From an uncultured Muribaculaceae bacterium (GTDB taxonomy: Bacteria; Bacillota_I; Bacilli_A; RF39; UBA660), in assembly GCA_964600615.1 (NCBI GenBank), contig CAZRJK010000004.1, positions 15,259 through 79,258 of the forward strand: DNA of 64,000 bases. The letters are read 5' to 3'. Numbering within the stretch: position 1 is the stretch's first letter; every line of letters begins with the position of its first letter. A program made the translations under genes and the position numbers. The notes beneath the pieces were generated by a model. The model was not told the DNA's origin, did no database searches, and worked only from the letters and a program-made list of their open reading frames with translations. Of this stretch, positions 60,914-64,000 are shown in pieces.

Positions 60914-61642
60914 ATGAATTTATTATATAAATACATAATCTTATTCTTTATATATTCTGTATTAGGTTGGATAACCGAATCAATATACTCAAGTATCCTA
61001 GAAAAGAAAATTGTAGATAGAGGCTTCCTAATTGGACCATACTGCCCAATATATGGATTTGGTGCAGTAATAGGAATAATATATTTAACCCAATATAAAG
61101 ATAATCCTCTAACCATTTTCTTTTTAGGAGTAATAATAGCATCCATAACAGAATATTTAACCAGCTATATAATGGAAAAATTATTTAAAGTAAGATGGTG
61201 GGATTATTCAAACCAAAAATTTAACCTAAACGGAAGAATATGTGGAAAAAATGCAACTCTATTTGGTATATGCTCACTAGTAGTAATCTATCTAACCCAA
61301 CCACCAATAGAATCTTTTTTATCCAACCTAAATAATAAAACACTATTAACACTATCAATAATAGTATTAATAATATTTATCACAGATACTATCTTATCAT
61401 ATAATATATTACAAAAATTAAAAAATAACTTAAGCAAAATAGAAATAAAAAAAGATGCTACCTATGAAATAAAAGCCCTAGTATTAGATTATCTTAATAA
61501 CATTACAATTAATGGCAAAAAAAAGAAAAATATTCTTCAAAAAAGAATTATCAAAGCATATCCTAACTTAGATTTAAAAAAATTATTAAAAATTAAAAAT
61601 ACTACATTTCCTGATATAAAAAGACTATTTACAAAAAAATAG
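60914..61642 (+). CDS. DUF1113-type putative ABC transporter permease
   Basis: YS.LGW..E, RGFL.GPYCPIYG, EY.....E......WWDYS, N..GRIC. Confidence 0.85.
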   Translation: MNLLYKYIILFFIYSVLGWITESIYSSILEKKIVDRGFLIGPYCPIYGFGAVIGIIYLTQYKDNPLTIFFLGVIIASITEYLTSYIMEKLFKVRWWDYSNQKFNLNGRICGKNATLFGICSLVVIYLTQPPIESFLSNLNNKTLLTLSIIVLIIFITDTILSYNILQKLKNNLSKIEIKKDATYEIKALVLDYLNNITINGKKKKNILQKRIIKAYPNLDLKKLLKIKNTTFPDIKRLFTKK

Positions 61643-61648
61643 TCTTTT

Positions 61649-62446
61649 TTAAATTCTATTTCCCAATATATAACCCAAAATAATTAATAACACAGATATA
61701 AACATTACATATACATCAGTAAAATATAATAACACTTTACCCAAAAGTAATAATATAGAAGCCAAACTAATACCCATAACAAAAGAAAAAGTATAACTCT
61801 TATAATTTTTAAACAAATAATTAATTACAATAGATATAAATACAATACCTAACATTAATCCAATACCAAAGAAAAAAACAAAAGAAAAATTACTAATATC
61901 ATATAAATTACTTAATACATTAATATAAATATTATACACTCCTATAATCATTAATAATGCAGTAGAACTAATACCTGGAATAACTGTCCCTATAGCCTCC
62001 ACTATACCAGATAAAAAGAATAAAGCACTATCTTTAAAAGTATTACTAATAACATAATTATTATTAATATTTGATATAGATATAAACATCATCATAATAA
62101 AAGAAAGAATTAATATAATGTATCCCCTATTACTCCTATCTATATCTTTTTTTATAACAGGAATACCACTATAAATCAAACCAATAAATAATGAAATAGT
62201 ATATACATAATAATTACTAATAAAATAATTAATAATCTTACTAAAAAATATAATACCAATAATTACACCAATACCAAAATTAATAACAAATCTTAAATTC
62301 TTTCTAACATCAGAAAAAAAATTAACAATACTATCAATAGCCCTATCATAAAGATTAAAACTAATCATTAAAACAGCACCAGATAAACCAGGTATAATTT
62401 TAGCAACACCCACTATAATACCTTTCAAAATTAAATTTATATCCAT
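61649..62446 (-). CDS. DUF368 family membrane protein (undecaprenyl-phosphate translocase-like)
   Basis: Two repeats IIPGLSG / VIPGISS; G.Y. Confidence 0.88.
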   Translation of the reverse strand: MDINLILKGIIVGVAKIIPGLSGAVLMISFNLYDRAIDSIVNFFSDVRKNLRFVINFGIGVIIGIIFFSKIINYFISNYYVYTISLFIGLIYSGIPVIKKDIDRSNRGYIILILSFIMMMFISISNINNNYVISNTFKDSALFFLSGIVEAIGTVIPGISSTALLMIIGVYNIYINVLSNLYDISNFSFVFFFGIGLMLGIVFISIVINYLFKNYKSYTFSFVMGISLASILLLLGKVLLYFTDVYVMFISVLLIILGYILGNRI

Positions 62447-62485
62447 ATTATAATATATTCTAATTATTTACATATATTATATTAG

Positions 62486-62977
62486 GTGATTAAAATTAAA
62501 GAGAATTTTTATAGACATAATCTTATAGAATATGCTTATACATTTCTAGATAAGCCCTATATCTGGGATGCTAAAGGACCAGAAGAATTTGATTGTTCTG
62601 GATTTACCAAATATCTATATCAAACATTATTTAATATAAATATTGAAAAAGATGGCTATGGAATTGGAGATACTACCAAACAAATGACATCATCAATAGG
62701 AACAATAACCAAGTATAAAGAAGAATTAAATAAAGAATTAAACATAAAACCAGGAGATTTATTATTCTTTCATAGACAATCATTAGATGAATTTATTCCA
62801 ACCCCTACTAATAGATATCCCGGTCACGTAGGAATATATATAGGAAATAATAAATTTATTCACGCATCTAAAGATGCAGGCAAAATAATAATAAGTAATT
62901 TAGATAATTATTGGACTAAAATACTAATAGCAAGTAAAGATATAATAACAAATATACTAAAAAAAGAAATCAATTGA
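62486..62977 (+). CDS. NlpC/P60 (C40) peptidase without signal peptide
   Basis: PY.W...GP..FDCSG, PGDLLFF, HVGIYIG, FIHAS. Confidence 0.9.
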   Translation: MIKIKENFYRHNLIEYAYTFLDKPYIWDAKGPEEFDCSGFTKYLYQTLFNINIEKDGYGIGDTTKQMTSSIGTITKYKEELNKELNIKPGDLLFFHRQSLDEFIPTPTNRYPGHVGIYIGNNKFIHASKDAGKIIISNLDNYWTKILIASKDIITNILKKEIN

Positions 62978-62986
62978 TTTCTTTTT
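62961..62986. terminator. Bidirectional terminator palindrome
   Basis: AAAAAGAAATCAATTGATTTCTTTTT. Confidence 0.6.
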
Positions 62987-63019
62987 ATTATTATGTAGAG
63001 GGCTAGTTAGTTACAGATC

Positions 63020-63175
63020 TTATTTATTCAATCTTACTATTGAAAAAGTTAATAAAAATACTCCAAAAATAAATAAAGCCATACCATAAATTGTATCTAA
63101 CTTATTTGCAAATCCCCCTATTAGAGTTCCACCAACGCCACATAAAATTCCATATATTATTTTTTCCTTTTTCAT
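63020..63175 (-). CDS. 51-aa two-TM small protein (MKKEKIIYGILCGVGGTLIGG...)
   Basis: Manual translation; GGAGG RBS; below the ORF-track cutoff. Confidence 0.65.
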   Translation of the reverse strand: MKKEKIIYGILCGVGGTLIGGFANKLDTIYGMALFIFGVFLLTFSIVRLNK

Positions 63176-63367
63176 ATATCCTCCATTAACAAATTACTAT
63201 TTATCCGTTTGTTTTCTTAATTATACTATACTTTAAACACATTGACTAGTATTATAATCCTTTTTATTTATTTAATATGTTTAGATAAGTTAAAATAAGT
63301 ATGTAATTAGTATGTAAAATAAAATTCCAAAATAAAAACCCTTATATAATAAGGGATTACTTTAAAT

Positions 63368-63441
63368 TGGAGGGCCTAGTCGGATTTGAACCAACGCTCA
63401 GGGAGTTGCAGTCCCATGCCTTACCACTTGGCTATAGACCC
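63368..63441 (-). tRNA. tRNA-Cys(GCA)
   Basis: GGGTCTA/TAGGCCC acceptor stem, loop CTGCAAC, U73, encoded CCA. Confidence 0.96.
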
Positions 63442-63506
63442 AATAACTTTTAACACATTAATATTATATTATTTTTATTGATAAGTGTCAATAAAAAATG
63501 AATAAG

Positions 63507-63716
63507 TTACATATACTTATTCATTTGTTTCATCATTTGATTAACTTGTTTTTGAGTAGGAGTTCTACCCATTCCACTCATCATAGCTTTAATCATTTTT
63601 TCATTAATAGGAGGATTTTCTTTTAAATATTTCTTCATATATCTTCTAGCAATAAAGAATCCTATAAAACCTCCTGCTATTAATCCAAATACTAAATATA
63701 AAATATCTTTTAACAT
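63507..63716 (-). CDS. yneF: YneF (UPF0154) family protein
   Basis: [25 protein letters not shown]. Confidence 0.92.
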   Translation of the reverse strand: MLKDILYLVFGLIAGGFIGFFIARRYMKKYLKENPPINEKMIKAMMSGMGRTPTQKQVNQMMKQMNKYM

Positions 63717-63762
63717 ATCACACCTCACATAAACATATTTTACTATTAAATAAGCATTTTGT

Positions 63763-64000
63763 CTATGACTTTACAAAAAAATCTCTATTTTTAATAACCT
63801 TATTTAACCAAAAATAATCATTATTAATAAAATCACAAATAAATATATTATCACTATAATTACCTATATTATCAAAAAACTTAGGGTAATTAACACTACT
63901 CTTTATCATTAAACAATAACTACTAACCATTAACTTACTATATTCTTTTCTATTAGATATTAAATGAATATTATCTTTATTATAATAAAATATATCTAAC
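63763..64000 (-). CDS. sirA: C-terminal part of a SirA-like protein (sporulation inhibitor of replication), truncated by window edge
   Basis: Manual translation ends ...[17 protein letters not shown]...; lies directly upstream of yneF as in Bacillus. Confidence 0.6.
   Translation of the reverse strand, partial: LDIFYYNKDNIHLISNRKEYSKLMVSSYCLMIKSSVNYPKFFDNIGNYSDNIFICDFINNDYFWLNKVIKNRDFFVKS

Noticed and set aside
9560-61146. Short antisense or overlapping ORFs in the track (e.g. 9560, 13855, 15221, 16300, 16567, 18780, 21816, 24493, 29209, 32175, 32761, 33584, 35991, 37340, 41727, 41934, 42496, 47649, 51104, 52460, 54027, 54568, 56925, 59885, 60775, 60948)
   Set aside because: Mostly shadows of well-supported genes, low-complexity Ile/Phe/Asn-rich translations, no RBS
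1-64000. DGR reverse transcriptase, Avd or template repeat in the window
   Set aside because: No ORF shows an RT motif set, and I found no second copy of either VR
1-64000. CRISPR array, prophage, rRNA or IS with terminal repeats
   Set aside because: No regularly spaced repeats, phage structural genes, integrase or rRNA seen; the Rpn gene has no visible inverted repeats

Overview
AT-rich chromosomal segment (roughly a quarter G+C by eye, standard genetic code) of a Firmicute with cell-wall and sporulation genes. An RF39-like Bacilli lineage is inferred from gene content, not proven. Most genes lie on the minus strand and are housekeeping or sporulation genes: spo0A fragment, tpiA, pgk, rseP, cdsA, mtaB, murC, trmD, rimM, spoVB-like, miaB, lepA, nrdDG, dacB-spmAB, ylbL/ylbJ, feoAB, gerA, ruvB, smpB, rnr, secG, fmt, tmk, yneF, sirA fragment, and three tRNAs (Ala, Pro, Cys). 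The main signal is four secreted proteins with a SipW/TasA-type signal peptide and a shared N-terminal domain. Two of them (7464-9308, 13743-14972) carry sharply bounded ~58% GC C-terminal segments with the codon signature of diversity-generating retroelement (DGR) variable regions. One is CLec-like; the other is a Cys-rich segment I do not recognise, followed by an A-free tract and a GAA-loop hairpin. No reverse transcriptase or template repeat is in the window, so these would be remote DGR targets, possibly hypervariable tip adhesins of a TasA-like fibre. Also found: an unannotated type I toxin-antitoxin-like locus (4450-4779), a class III ribonucleotide reductase whose glycyl-radical motif is on a separate 57-aa gene, three accessory DNA-acting genes sharing a sigma-H-like 5' cassette, and three RNase II/R-family paralogues.
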